The notes: generated by a model from the letters alone, not told the origin. 64,000 bases of DNA from an uncultured virus (IMG/VR IMGVR_UViG_3300031836_000398) (IMGVR_UViG_3300031836_000398), one strand, 5' to 3'; numbered from the stretch's first letter, positions 10,328-21,084 are shown. Numbers and translations: made by a program.

Positions 10328-10921
10328 TTAGAGCAGGTTCTCGCCCTCGACGGTTTCGATGAGGGTGCGAGCTACGGACAGCACGGCTGGCCATCCGGCA
10401 AGATCCCGGTCGCCAATGAGTCGACGGGAGTCACGCCCAACAGAGCGGTACGTGCCGGTTGCCGAGTCATACATCTCGACCATGGCGAAGTCGGTGTAGC
10501 CCTCGGGGTTTGCGATCGGCGAAATGCTCAGACCGGGCACGAGACCTGATTCATCGAGTGCCTCAGCGATTTTCAGAACGGTTTGTTCAAAATTCTCGGT
10601 GAGGTGAAGCGCTCCGTCGTCGACGTGGAACTCGTCACGATCTAGCGCCAAGCCCTCAGGTGCGTCTTTGCAAAGCGCCTTGGTGAGGCGCTTGTCGGTG
10701 AAGTTTGTGCAGCCCTTGGGGAACATCTCTTCGACGGTGACAATACGAGCAGTAGCTCGTGGGCCGCCCTTGTGCAGCTCGTTCAGCTCAATCAAAGCGT
10801 CGGCAATGCCCTCGGCTTCGAGAGTGACGGTTTCGGCCCGGTGGCCCTCGTGCGAGCGCATGTTGCGCGACGCAGACTTAGCAGTGAGGTCGCTCTGAAA
10901 CGTGATTCGGAATTCGGGCAT
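10328..10921 (-). CDS. hypothetical protein
   Basis: AAAGGAG RBS; 197 aa. Confidence 0.7.
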   Translation of the reverse strand: MPEFRITFQSDLTAKSASRNMRSHEGHRAETVTLEAEGIADALIELNELHKGGPRATARIVTVEEMFPKGCTNFTDKRLTKALCKDAPEGLALDRDEFHVDDGALHLTENFEQTVLKIAEALDESGLVPGLSISPIANPEGYTDFAMVEMYDSATGTYRSVGRDSRRLIGDRDLAGWPAVLSVARTLIETVEGENLL

Positions 10922-11040
10922 GATGGTGCTCCTTTAGGGGCGTGATTATTTATGGTGGGCGCAGCCGATTTCAGCTGCGCCCGTGGGTAGAACTCTCTGG
11001 CCCCGGACTTGGTACATGTACCCGGCGGTGGTCGCCCTGC

Positions 11041-11841
11041 TTAGCTCCCAGAGAGTTGTTCTTGTGTTTGCTGGGTCGCGTTAGACGCGTCCTGTTCCTC
11101 TTCCAGCTCGGTGATCTGGGCCGCAGCCTCTTTGTTTTGTGTGTGCTCGGCGACGTCGCGAAGTGCCGCCGGCAACTCTTGGCTGGCCTCGTAGAGGCTG
11201 CGGTAGGAGTCGCGTTCTTTACTGGTCAGAGCGAGGGCCCGAGTGAGAGCTTCGACGCGCTGATCGGTGGTGTGTCCGGCCAACGCTTGGATCTCAGCGG
11301 CCATCTCAATGCCATGAAGCTGGATGTAGCTTTCCCACTTCTTGAAGATTGACGAAGTGTTCGGGTTACGTCCCAGCGACAGCGACAGGGCTACCGCCTG
11401 GTCGATGTCACGCATCTTGCTTGGGTTGACTTCGCCCAATCGACGACCCAAACGGGAAACGTCCACAGTGTGGATTTGCTCGCACAGAGCGATTGTTTCC
11501 CTGGCACCAGGTTTGTCGTTGGGTCGCAGGTCAGGAATGAGAATGTGGGTTGGGCCCGAGCGCTTGCGTGCGGAGGTTGTCAGGTAGACAACTTGCACAA
11601 AGCCGGAGTGATTTCCGATGACGTTGTTGGAGAGGATGACCGCAGGGCGGTTGCTCCACATTTCAGTTCCAACAGGCGGCTGTTCGGGGTGGTCTTTGAC
11701 CATCCAGACATCTCCGCGCTCGTAGTGCTGAGCGAGAGACGACGCTGTGGTCGGTTTGTTGGTTGGTTTGTTGACAGCGTGCAGGATCGTTCGAGGTGTG
11801 GGCTTGGTATCAGTTGGAGCAGAGGTGAGTGTGGAAGACAT
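11041..11841 (-). CDS. PemK/MazF-family endoribonuclease domain with C-terminal coiled-coil extension
   Basis: RGDVWMV, GTE...RPAVILSNN, VVYLTT and ALCEQIHTVDVSRL motifs. Confidence 0.85.
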   Translation of the reverse strand: MSSTLTSAPTDTKPTPRTILHAVNKPTNKPTTASSLAQHYERGDVWMVKDHPEQPPVGTEMWSNRPAVILSNNVIGNHSGFVQVVYLTTSARKRSGPTHILIPDLRPNDKPGARETIALCEQIHTVDVSRLGRRLGEVNPSKMRDIDQAVALSLSLGRNPNTSSIFKKWESYIQLHGIEMAAEIQALAGHTTDQRVEALTRALALTSKERDSYRSLYEASQELPAALRDVAEHTQNKEAAAQITELEEEQDASNATQQTQEQLSGS

Positions 11842-11949
11842 GAGACATCAATGTCCTTTCGGCGGCTGGGGGATGGATGGCCGCGTTGCTATATCAGGCC
11901 GGGCTGTGGTTAGCAGCCCGGTCTGATTCGGTGGGCGGTGGTGACGTAG

Positions 11950-12537
11950 TTAGATCTCGGAAAGGTAGACACCGTCTGATTGACGGAGAGTCTCGAACAA
12001 GATCACGCGACCATTGGTGGACGCGAGCTGCGATTCAATGAACTTCTGACAGGAAGTTTCGGTGGCGGTAGCCGTGATTTCTTCAGCCGTGTCGAAGCCT
12101 GTAATCAGGCCAGCAACGCGGTCTCGAAGTTCCTGCAGACGATCTTCTTTGGTGGAGTGGTGCTCGACAAAGGACGTTCCGTCGCCGTATTCGGTGAATG
12201 TCGAATAGAGGCGTGCGGGGCCCGCGTCGATGGCATGGCTGCCGAGGTAGACATCAATATCGACACCGGCTTCGATGTACAGCTCGATGACGTTCTCGAG
12301 AGCTACATCCGCCTGGGCGCCGCCGAAGGGAGCAAGGATCTCTTCAACATCGGTGGCAGAGACTTCGTCGTGGTTGGCCATCAGTAATTCGATGATCGCG
12401 TCACGACGCATGTGCGGCTCCGCAAAGAGCTCGTTGAGAACAGTTTCACTGGAGTCGACTACAACGGCGGTGTACATGTTCCCGAGGGCGCGCTGAGTTA
12501 CTTCGCAGACAAGGCTTTCGGTGATTTGCGTGGACAT
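11950..12537 (-). CDS. hypothetical acidic protein
   Basis: ATG after GAAAGGG RBS. Confidence 0.65.
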   Translation of the reverse strand: MSTQITESLVCEVTQRALGNMYTAVVVDSSETVLNELFAEPHMRRDAIIELLMANHDEVSATDVEEILAPFGGAQADVALENVIELYIEAGVDIDVYLGSHAIDAGPARLYSTFTEYGDGTSFVEHHSTKEDRLQELRDRVAGLITGFDTAEEITATATETSCQKFIESQLASTNGRVILFETLRQSDGVYLSEI

Positions 12538-12632
12538 GGCAGTCCCTTTCTGATTTATGTGGCCGATTTTGGGCGCGGGTGTAGACCACAAGGGGGGGCT
12601 CTTTGGGAACCTCCCCTTGTGGCGGTGATCGG

Positions 12633-15482
12633 TTAGACCGAAGCGCCGGTGAGGGCGTCTTCGTCTTCGTCGATCGAGTCAGCGTCGACGTTGTCATCGT
12701 CGCTGCTCGTGTTGCTGTCGGTCAGACCAGCCAGAGGCACAGTCGGGCCAACTGCAGCAAGGCTTTGCCGTGCTGCGTTTGCTGCGTCGCGTTCCTCCAG
12801 AGCGGTAACCATGAGCGTGTAATCGCTTTCGATTCGCGCATTCTTCACGGTTCCGTAGGAAAGGACGTACTCGGTGTTCATTGCCCGAGTGAAGGCCACG
12901 TAGTACAGCCGCTTGGCTTCCTCGCCCATGGCGTTGTCGTACTTGTGTACGATCACGACATTGTCGAACTCGAGACCCTTGCAGCCGTGAATGGTGCTCA
13001 CGACTAGATCGGACTTCGAGGCGAGGTTCTTTTCCTTGCGCTCTTTGTTCTTCTGGTTCATCAAGGACTGCTTGATGGCGTTGTGACGGATCTCGTAGTC
13101 GAGCAGACCCTGGCGCAGCTTGTCGAAGAACTCCGCATCGGTGAGCTGACCGTGGCCCACGAGGGCAACCCAGCCATTGATGGCGGCACTGTTGGTCAAC
13201 CACCAGTCCTGCATCATCTTGGTGACAGCTTTTTCCGCAGCAGGTGCGTTGCGGGTGAGCTGGTCAAGATTCTTGATGATCTCCTGGGTGATCATGAACG
13301 CCGCGCTTGCCGGGGCAACCTGGCAGACATCGTTCCAGAACCGCTTGATGTACTCGCTGAACACAGTCGACGAGTAGCTCCGTGCGGAGACGAGGTTGGC
13401 AACCTCGCGACCTGGGTACATTGCCGTGAGCTGTTCCTCCATCGCAGTGACTTCGCGACGGCTGTACGCGATGAACGCGACCTTCTCTTTACGAGCGAGG
13501 CACGCGTCGATGTACTCCTTGACCGTGTTACGCAGGATGCCGGGCAAATCGCCAGCGAACTGAGTGACGCGAGGGTACACGCGGTAGTCGAGCGCGACCT
13601 TCTCCTTGAACGACGCCGCTGTTGGCAACGCAAGAGCGTTGGCTTGCAGCTGGATGTTGGCGTACTGGTTAGCTTCGATGTCAGCAAGCGACACGTTGGC
13701 AAAGTCCAGGATCTCCTGGTTGGAGCGGTAGTTGGTCGTCAACCGGTACGTCTGGAATACACCAGAGCCTTCAAGCGCGTTCAGCGCCTTCGGGTTTGCC
13801 GAGCGGAACTCGAACAGCGTCTGGGATGAGTCCCCGACGATGTAGAGGTTTTCCTTGTGCTTGGCAACGTACTTGAGCAGGTAGATGAACTCGAAGATCG
13901 AGTTATCTTGCACCTCGTCGATGATGAGGTAACGCGAAGAGACATGCTTCGGCTCGATCATGGATTCGATCTGCTGGTAGCAGATGATGATCTCAAGCTC
14001 CAGCGAGGTCTGACCGAGGGTGTCCATGACAGCCATCACGTCGTCAAAGTGCGACTCAATGAAGGTGTTCATCGCAGTAAAGGCACCGTTGGCGTTCTTG
14101 TTTACGTCGATTAGACGCTTACGGAAAGCCGCAGCCAAGGCGTTCTTCGGGTAGAAGATGTCCAGGCTGTTGATGATGGTGTCGATGCTCGACAGCTCGT
14201 GCTTCGTGTGGTTCGCGGTGTAGATGTCGTGGATCATTCGCGAAATGGTCATCGAACCAACGGCAGGGTTCTTCGCCGTGATGTTGTCTGCAGCCGCGTT
14301 CGTGAAGCTCAACACGGTGATGTCTGCAGGATCTACACCCGAGGATACGAGGTGTTCGATTCGTCCAAGGATGACGGTCGACTTTCCTGTACCTGCACCG
14401 GCTTGCACCAGCACGAGTGGCTGATCAGTCGTGACAGCACCTAACTGCTGGTTGGAGAACTGAGTTGCGGAAGCCGGGGCGTTAGCCGGGGCGGTGGGCG
14501 CCGAAGTGAGCTGCGGCTTCATCTGATCCAAGTGACCCAGCGTGTGGCTCAGCAGCAGTGACAGGTTCTGCTTAGCCAGGACCAAAGCGACGTCGGGCGG
14601 GCAGGTGCTCGAAAGAGTCGCGTGGATGTTGCGGTACGCCTCGAGAGAGACGTTGTAGTTCTCCAGGTAACGCAGCTGGTAAGCAATCCCGTCAAGGGTG
14701 CTGCTGTCGGGTGCGCCGTTGGCGTAGAGCTGGGTGATGTGCTTGGAGATGGTTTCTTCCATCTCGTCGCTGGCCCAGTAGTTCGCCAGGCGTCCGATGC
14801 GCTCGTGGACGTCGTACTCAGCCATCCATTCAGCCAGTTCGTCTACGTGAACGAAGACGCTCTTTCCGGAGATACCGAGACCCAGTGTGGCTTTCTCGAT
14901 CATTTCCTCGACGTTGTCGAGAGGTGTGTAGCTCCAGTCAACAAGTACGAGTTCCGTTTGCTGCGAACGAGCACTGAGGCTGACCACAGGGAGTTCTTCA
15001 GATGCCGGGGTGGTGGCACGCTGAACAATGTAAAGCTCCATGCGGTACTGAACGTTCATCTCCTTGACGATCGTGTCGCCAGCGCCGTCTTCGTAGAAGA
15101 CGATGCCCTGAGGCGTCAGGTCGAGGTAGACGTCAACGCTCAAGTTAGGCGCGTGCGCCGTGACGTGGAAGCGGTCGTCGACGTGAGGAACCGGCAACGT
15201 CAGACCCTTGTTGCGGTTGTCGCGAAGCGAACGAACCAGCAACGGAGCCATCGGGATGAGGTGCGTGGTGATGGAGCCCGAGGTGGACTTCGTCTTGCGA
15301 GAAAGTTCATCGTGGGGCGAGGTGAAAGCGCTGGCGGTAGCCATGGCGCGGCCGGGGCGAACGCCCTGGTTCAGCAGACCTACGGTCTTGCCGTTGCCGG
15401 TGAGGGCTTTGCTGAAGAATTTGTGGTCGAGCGCTTTGACCGCGGTGATGTTTGTGTCAATTTTGTCGAGTTCAATGGGCAT
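12633..15482 (-). CDS. UvrD/Rep-family SF1 helicase with long unknown N-terminal region
   Basis: AGAGTGKS, LSFTNAAA, IIDEVQD, VGDSSQ, NYRS, STIHGCKGLEFD and YYVAFTRA motifs. Confidence 0.92.
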   Translation of the reverse strand: MPIELDKIDTNITAVKALDHKFFSKALTGNGKTVGLLNQGVRPGRAMATASAFTSPHDELSRKTKSTSGSITTHLIPMAPLLVRSLRDNRNKGLTLPVPHVDDRFHVTAHAPNLSVDVYLDLTPQGIVFYEDGAGDTIVKEMNVQYRMELYIVQRATTPASEELPVVSLSARSQQTELVLVDWSYTPLDNVEEMIEKATLGLGISGKSVFVHVDELAEWMAEYDVHERIGRLANYWASDEMEETISKHITQLYANGAPDSSTLDGIAYQLRYLENYNVSLEAYRNIHATLSSTCPPDVALVLAKQNLSLLLSHTLGHLDQMKPQLTSAPTAPANAPASATQFSNQQLGAVTTDQPLVLVQAGAGTGKSTVILGRIEHLVSSGVDPADITVLSFTNAAADNITAKNPAVGSMTISRMIHDIYTANHTKHELSSIDTIINSLDIFYPKNALAAAFRKRLIDVNKNANGAFTAMNTFIESHFDDVMAVMDTLGQTSLELEIIICYQQIESMIEPKHVSSRYLIIDEVQDNSIFEFIYLLKYVAKHKENLYIVGDSSQTLFEFRSANPKALNALEGSGVFQTYRLTTNYRSNQEILDFANVSLADIEANQYANIQLQANALALPTAASFKEKVALDYRVYPRVTQFAGDLPGILRNTVKEYIDACLARKEKVAFIAYSRREVTAMEEQLTAMYPGREVANLVSARSYSSTVFSEYIKRFWNDVCQVAPASAAFMITQEIIKNLDQLTRNAPAAEKAVTKMMQDWWLTNSAAINGWVALVGHGQLTDAEFFDKLRQGLLDYEIRHNAIKQSLMNQKNKERKEKNLASKSDLVVSTIHGCKGLEFDNVVIVHKYDNAMGEEAKRLYYVAFTRAMNTEYVLSYGTVKNARIESDYTLMVTALEERDAANAARQSLAAVGPTVPLAGLTDSNTSSDDDNVDADSIDEDEDALTGASV

Positions 15483-15533
15483 TGGTTGTCCTTAGATTTT
15501 CGCGGAATGCGGGTGGATTTATTGGGGTAGGCA

Positions 15534-15571
15534 GCAGAAAAGGGGCAACGCGAAGTGCGTTGCCCCTTTTC
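15534..15571. terminator. bidirectional intrinsic terminator
   Basis: AAAAGGGGCAACGC-GAAGT-GCGTTGCCCCTTTT. Confidence 0.7.
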
Positions 15572-15595
15572 GACAGGAGAGTGATCAGCGGTGTG

Positions 15596-17551
15596 TTATC
15601 CCTCTGTGCTGAGTCCCTCTGTGGGTTCGACGTTGTCGATGTCAGCCACTGATTGGGCTGGACTTGACGTCGCTATCGGTTGTGCGGTGCGACCTGCGGT
15701 TGCTGCGAGCAGCAACGCGTCTTCGATGTAGCGGCGCGCAGCGCGTTCGGCTGGTCGGGCGCCCTGAGATTCCAGGTACGTCTTCTCTGCCAGAGCGCTG
15801 AGCTCGTCATCGGGGATGACAACCGGCAACGCCGCGACCTTGCGCGGCTGGTTCTGAGCGATGAGTTCTCGCTCTGCCTTGTAGCGGCCATGCAGAATCT
15901 CGCGGTAAATCGAGATGTCCAGGCTGTTGAAGCCAAGGATCTCGCTGAACCGTGCAAGGAACTCCGGATCGAAGCTCTGCTCGAGGTCGCGCACCAGGTT
16001 GCGGTGCGTTGGCGCTGCTTGTTCGCCGAAGCCGACAGGCTTCTTGTTCATCGTGTCGCGAGCCGCGTTCGTCGTGGCGATTACGATCGCCTTCGAGAAG
16101 TCGATCGCTTTGCCCTGGCTGGTGCGGATGGAACCCTCATCGAAGGCCGAAAGGAACAGCCGTTGTACGGCTTTGTCGCTCTTTTCGATCTCATCGAGCA
16201 GAATCACTCGATACGGGTTGGACTCCAACACGTCGAAGGGCAGCTCAGCGTTTGATGTCGATCCGACGTAGCCGGCCGGTGAGCCGATTAGTCGGTTGAT
16301 GGACGCAGCCGAGTGGTACTCGGTCATGTTCACGATGATCGGAGGCTGTCCGGTCAACTCATCAGCGATGATCTTGGCGACTTCAGTTTTGCCGGTGCCA
16401 GAGGCGCCAGCGAAAAGCCAAACCAGCGGCACCGTACGCGGAAAGATACCCAGGTCGTCACGGTGGAGAATGTCCACCAGATTCGACGTGATGTTGTCTT
16501 GACCCTTGATGCGAGTCAGCGTCTGCGTGAGTGCGGTGACGTCGAGGTTTTCCTTTTGGGCTTGACCTGTCATCAGACGCATTGCAACTTGTCGCACGCG
16601 ACGCTCGGTGACCGGAATGGTCGTTACCGCGTTGAGCGCAGCGACCGCAACAGTGTCGTTGTCGGCTGTTGCTTGGGCGAGACGCTGGCTGAAATCCAGA
16701 ACAGTGTCTGCCATTACGCGGTCGAGCAGCGTGAGTGCGTTGTCGGGACGGTGGTGACCGGCCTTGGCGTACTCATCGGCTACGACAGTCACTGCTTCCA
16801 GGACATCGTCAGAGACGGTGATCTGGTTCTTGTAGTGAGTGCTGAAACCGCCGCGGGCCCCATGCAGGATCTGCAGGGTTTGTTCGCGGTTGAGTTCGTC
16901 GACGATCAGTCGTGAGAACCGACGGTTGAAAGCCGGGTCGTCATCGAAAGAGCGTGACTCTTGCAGAGTGGTGGCACCGATTACGTGCATGTCACCACGA
17001 GCAAGCGCTGGCTTGATGATTTGAGCGATCTTCTCGTAGGTCGAGCTGTTGTCGCTGGTGAGCTGGTGAATCTCGTCGATGAAGAGGATCGCCTTGTTCT
17101 TGGGATTGCTGACGAAGTCAACAAGCGCCGTGACGCGTTCCTCGAGCTGACCGACAATGCCTGCGCCAGCTACGAGCGACGACAACGGAAGCTCGTAGAT
17201 CGTGTGATCCTTGAGCCCCTTGGGGATCAGGAGATCATCGTTGGCGATGCGACGAGCGATGTCTTCGACGATGCGGGTCTTACCCACACCAGCAGCACCG
17301 ACCAGCAGGGCGTTCGGCTTGTTCTTGCCGATCATGACCGAGATTGTCTGAGTGATGATCTCGTCACGAAAGAGCGTTTGGCTTGAGGCTTTGAAGCGCT
17401 CGTTGTAGTTGATGAGGATTTCAGTGATGTCGCCGATGGATCCGGTCATGCTGGACATCGGAGGCAGCGGTGGTGCGCCTGCACCGGGGCCAGAGCCGCC
17501 GGGTGGGGGTGGTGTTCCGGCTCCGCCGGTGGTGAAGTTGTTGAGGCCCAT
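15596..17551 (-). CDS. ClpA/ClpB-like double AAA+ ATPase lacking the canonical N-domain
   Basis: GAAGVGKT, LFIDEIH, IGATT, GASGTGKTE, RLIGSPAGYVG and LLDEIEK motifs; Pro/Gly-rich N-terminus. Confidence 0.88.
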   Translation of the reverse strand: MGLNNFTTGGAGTPPPPGGSGPGAGAPPLPPMSSMTGSIGDITEILINYNERFKASSQTLFRDEIITQTISVMIGKNKPNALLVGAAGVGKTRIVEDIARRIANDDLLIPKGLKDHTIYELPLSSLVAGAGIVGQLEERVTALVDFVSNPKNKAILFIDEIHQLTSDNSSTYEKIAQIIKPALARGDMHVIGATTLQESRSFDDDPAFNRRFSRLIVDELNREQTLQILHGARGGFSTHYKNQITVSDDVLEAVTVVADEYAKAGHHRPDNALTLLDRVMADTVLDFSQRLAQATADNDTVAVAALNAVTTIPVTERRVRQVAMRLMTGQAQKENLDVTALTQTLTRIKGQDNITSNLVDILHRDDLGIFPRTVPLVWLFAGASGTGKTEVAKIIADELTGQPPIIVNMTEYHSAASINRLIGSPAGYVGSTSNAELPFDVLESNPYRVILLDEIEKSDKAVQRLFLSAFDEGSIRTSQGKAIDFSKAIVIATTNAARDTMNKKPVGFGEQAAPTHRNLVRDLEQSFDPEFLARFSEILGFNSLDISIYREILHGRYKAERELIAQNQPRKVAALPVVIPDDELSALAEKTYLESQGARPAERAARRYIEDALLLAATAGRTAQPIATSSPAQSVADIDNVEPTEGLSTEG

Positions 17552-17733
17552 GACAGGACTCCCTTCTGCTGATTTATGGTTCTGCAGCGGAGATGCCGCA
17601 GAGGGGTGGTGAGACGTCAATGGGGCGACCGGCTAGTGCCAATCGCCCCATTGAGCTCTGTGTCCGGGGCGGGTGAGTTGTGCTCACGCGATCCGTGTAC
17701 TGTTTCGGAACATGTCCGATCAGCTGGTGTGAC

Positions 17734-19437
17734 CTACTTGATTAGCCCCAGCATTCGCTGGGCGATCGTAGGTTCGATGTGTCGCATCTGCTTGGTGTAG
17801 TTCTCCGCGTAGTGGGTGATGGTTTTCCAATCCATCGCCGAACAGGGCGCGTAGTACAGGTTCTTCGGGTGATCGGTTCGCTTTGTTGGCGGCGACCACT
17901 CGAAGTCTGTGATCATCAAGCTGAGCCGACGCCTTCGCGTCGGAGACTCACAGATGTAATCCCAGACCTGCTTGAACTCGGTGCCGCCAGTTACCTTGGG
18001 CATCTTGGTGAATTCTTGCCAGATCTGAGTCACTGACTTGTTGGCCGTTCGCAACATGCGCTCTTGTGAGAGCACAGATGAGAACGAATTGAAGTAGAGG
18101 TTTACGTTCAACTTCTTGGCCATCGAGATCAGCATGATCATCGACTCTTGGTAGTTCGCCTCGCTGATGGAACCTGAGGTGTCCACGAAGACGTGGATGT
18201 CAGGCATGTACTGCGTCGAGGTGATCTTGCCTGGCTTGTTCCAGTCATCCGGATCGCGCCGGTTGGCGCGAGCGAAACTGGACTTGACCTGGCGGAAGAC
18301 GTTCTGTGAGCGATTGACTTGACCCATGCGTTTGAGCACACGGCTGATGTCGCTAGCCAAGTCCACCTTGGTGGGCGGCTGCTTGCGGAACACGACTTTG
18401 CCTGAGCGACCAGGGGTGTTGTTCTTGCCCATTTGGGCAATACTCTGGGCCTTGGCTGCGGCACGATTCATCGCGGTGAGCTTTGTCAGTGCCTTGTTGG
18501 AAACGATCTTCAGCGGTGAGCTGATGGATTTTTCAATCAGTTTCCATTCAGACGAGACTTTGCCTCCGGTGGATCGAGCGTGAGCTTCGACGTTGACGAG
18601 CACAATGGTGCGCGGTGAGTACAGTTCCGAAAGCAGGAACGGCATCACGCCGGCCTCTGGTGCAACCGGAGGCTGCGCGTGAGTGGCAACGCTCTCCATC
18701 TGACGGGCGTAGTCCATCAGCATGTGGATGATGACTCGAGCGAACGAGTATTCTTCGTTCTCTTCGGTGTCATCAGCTCGAAGCCGCAGCGACTCTGTCA
18801 AACCTTTCAGCGAAAGACCCGCGAACTGCGTGAGCAGCTTCGTTGTGTCTGGTGGCAAAGCCGAGCTGATGTTTGAGGTTGTTGCTACTAGCCATGCCTT
18901 GAAGTCATCGAAGGCGGCGCTGGACTGGAACCAAAAGCCGAGCGTCTCCGGGTGGAAGGCATAGGCGATCGACGCGAACATTTCGCTGGCGTCGTTAGTC
19001 TGGCCTGCCAACAGCTTCTTAGCTGCCGGAATGATGTCGCTCTGCGCGGTGTAGATCACCGTCGGTGTCGGGCTCACGAACTTGTTCTGCACGCCCGCTT
19101 GGACAGCAAAGAGTTCGTTGACCAGCAGTGGGGACTTCGGGTCGTAGTAGATCGAGCCTTGATCCAGCAACGCCTTGGCACCGGTTTCTCCGATGGCGTT
19201 GACGTTGTCGCCGAGACAATTCAGGAATAGCTCGGTGACAGCATCCTGATCCAGGGCTGTTGACGGGTTTGTCGAGGTGTCACGCACTTCGACAGCATGG
19301 TTCTGGTTCAGCGGGGTGAAGAGAGGCTCGACGATCGTTGCCGTAATACCGGCGACGGGGTCGTAGTCACCTGTGATGGGCAGCGTGTGGACGGATGTGA
19401 ATTGCGCCGGCCGCTGGTTGATGATGGTCAAAGTCAT
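17734..19437 (-). CDS. VWA (MIDAS) domain protein
   Basis: C-terminal VFVDTSGS...GGT...MITD MIDAS motif. Confidence 0.8.
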   Translation of the reverse strand: MTLTIINQRPAQFTSVHTLPITGDYDPVAGITATIVEPLFTPLNQNHAVEVRDTSTNPSTALDQDAVTELFLNCLGDNVNAIGETGAKALLDQGSIYYDPKSPLLVNELFAVQAGVQNKFVSPTPTVIYTAQSDIIPAAKKLLAGQTNDASEMFASIAYAFHPETLGFWFQSSAAFDDFKAWLVATTSNISSALPPDTTKLLTQFAGLSLKGLTESLRLRADDTEENEEYSFARVIIHMLMDYARQMESVATHAQPPVAPEAGVMPFLLSELYSPRTIVLVNVEAHARSTGGKVSSEWKLIEKSISSPLKIVSNKALTKLTAMNRAAAKAQSIAQMGKNNTPGRSGKVVFRKQPPTKVDLASDISRVLKRMGQVNRSQNVFRQVKSSFARANRRDPDDWNKPGKITSTQYMPDIHVFVDTSGSISEANYQESMIMLISMAKKLNVNLYFNSFSSVLSQERMLRTANKSVTQIWQEFTKMPKVTGGTEFKQVWDYICESPTRRRRLSLMITDFEWSPPTKRTDHPKNLYYAPCSAMDWKTITHYAENYTKQMRHIEPTIAQRMLGLIK

Positions 19438-19521
19438 GGTGACCTAGCCTTCTTTCTGATTTAGGGGTAACCCCGGGTGGGCGGTACTGAAAAGCACCAC
19501 CCACCGGGTGTTAGGTGCGGT

Positions 19522-20757
19522 CTAGAAGATGCCCAAGATCATGCGCATGGACTCAGCGATGGGCTCGCCGGTATTCAGGAACGCTTCAACGTTGCCCTCG
19601 TCGAGCTGCAACGTGGAGGCAAGCTTCACGAGATCCTGAGTGTGTTCGGTCTCCAGGCGTACGGTGACGCTTGCGAGCTCGGCAAGGAGGCGAGTGTTGT
19701 CTGCCTTCTCGTAGAGCGCGTAGAGCAGCGAACCGCTCTTTTCGCGGTCAGTGAGGCCGTTGATGATGTCGATCATCTCGGACGCCGTCGGCGCACCCTT
19801 CAGGTCGTCGTAGATGCTCGGCTTGGGCGCGGTGTACGCAGCAGGCGCACTGTTGCCACCGTTTGCCAGAGAATCAGCAATGTTTGCAACGAGGTGAGTT
19901 GCAAAGTCGGTGTTACCGATGTGACCTTCGATGACCTCGTTTAGAAGCGTGGTGCTTCGACCCTCGATGTCTGTCGGAGTCTGAAGCAACTCCTGCAGCT
20001 TGCCCATGTCGACCTTGTTGAGCCAGCGGCTCATTGCGTCGATGGTTCGAGGCGTGGTCAGCTGGCGCATCTCATCACCAGAATCGAACAGGTCAGCCAT
20101 GGTGGCCGTCGTGTCGTCATCGTCGTCGCTGCCGTCTGAAACCAACGCGTTGGGCGCAGACTTCTGAAAGACCAGGTTCGGGTACTGAGTGAGCACCTTG
20201 GCAACCCAAGGGTTGAGGGTGTCGCCGAGGATCTCGATGAGCGTTGCAGCGTCAGGTTCAACGTTGTAGATCGAGAAGCGAGACAGGCTTGCCTCATCGA
20301 GCGTGGTGACGTTGCCCTTGTTGTTGCCCGCGATCATCAGACGCAGGTTCGTCGGCAGATCCGACGAACCGATGCGACGCAAGGTCGGCATCGAAAGAGC
20401 CGCCGAGGTTACATCCGCAGTGGTGCGGTTGATCTCGTCAAGCAGCAAGAGCGGAGTCTCGCGAGGGTTGTCGTTGGCGTAGTCGATCGCGTCTTGGATG
20501 ACCTGGTGGGGGAAGAAGTGCTGTTTGAAGCCTTCTTCACCGTTGGTCATCTTGTACGGCAGCAGTCGAGGTGCCGTCAGGTCGGCCTTGTCGGCGACCT
20601 GGTTGACGGGCAAGACGAAGCACTTGGTGTTCATCCGGCGGGCGAGGTCTTCTGCGAACGAAGACTTGCCAATACCGGGTTCGCCCATCAGGGCGGGGAC
20701 GATGTTCATCTCGAGGTCGATTGCGACGACGTCGAGGAGAGCGCTACTGAATTTCAT
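19522..20757 (-). CDS. MoxR-like AAA+ ATPase
   Basis: GEPGIGKS, LLLDEINR, AGN, LDEASLSRF and TPRT motifs; adjacent to the VWA gene. Confidence 0.82.
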   Translation of the reverse strand: MKFSSALLDVVAIDLEMNIVPALMGEPGIGKSSFAEDLARRMNTKCFVLPVNQVADKADLTAPRLLPYKMTNGEEGFKQHFFPHQVIQDAIDYANDNPRETPLLLLDEINRTTADVTSAALSMPTLRRIGSSDLPTNLRLMIAGNNKGNVTTLDEASLSRFSIYNVEPDAATLIEILGDTLNPWVAKVLTQYPNLVFQKSAPNALVSDGSDDDDDTTATMADLFDSGDEMRQLTTPRTIDAMSRWLNKVDMGKLQELLQTPTDIEGRSTTLLNEVIEGHIGNTDFATHLVANIADSLANGGNSAPAAYTAPKPSIYDDLKGAPTASEMIDIINGLTDREKSGSLLYALYEKADNTRLLAELASVTVRLETEHTQDLVKLASTLQLDEGNVEAFLNTGEPIAESMRMILGIF

Positions 20758-20802
20758 TGGATTTCCTTTGCGGATTAGTGATGTGGAGTGGTGAAGGTGG
20801 TG

Positions 20803-21084
20803 CTACGGCGTAACTTTCAGAACGGCGGTGAAGCCGCCGATATGGGTCTCGTCGCAGAACAGGCACTGGAAGTAGCCGTGTCCGGTGTCTTCCTCATCGG
20901 CGATATTGCTGGCCTTGACGGATTCGGCGAACGCTTCAGCGCTGGTGCTGAATGTGGATGAGGTTTCGGGGTCTAGCCCGGTCTCTTGTGCGTCGAAACC
21001 ACCGACCCAGACGAGTCGGCAGTCATTGCAAATGCGGCCGTGGATCTCGTCGAGATTTGTTTCGGGACTCTCGAGTTTTTCCAT
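20803..21084 (-). CDS. small CxxC...CxxC protein
   Basis: CNDC and CLFC pairs. Confidence 0.55.
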   Translation of the reverse strand: MEKLESPETNLDEIHGRICNDCRLVWVGGFDAQETGLDPETSSTFSTSAEAFAESVKASNIADEEDTGHGYFQCLFCDETHIGGFTAVLKVTP

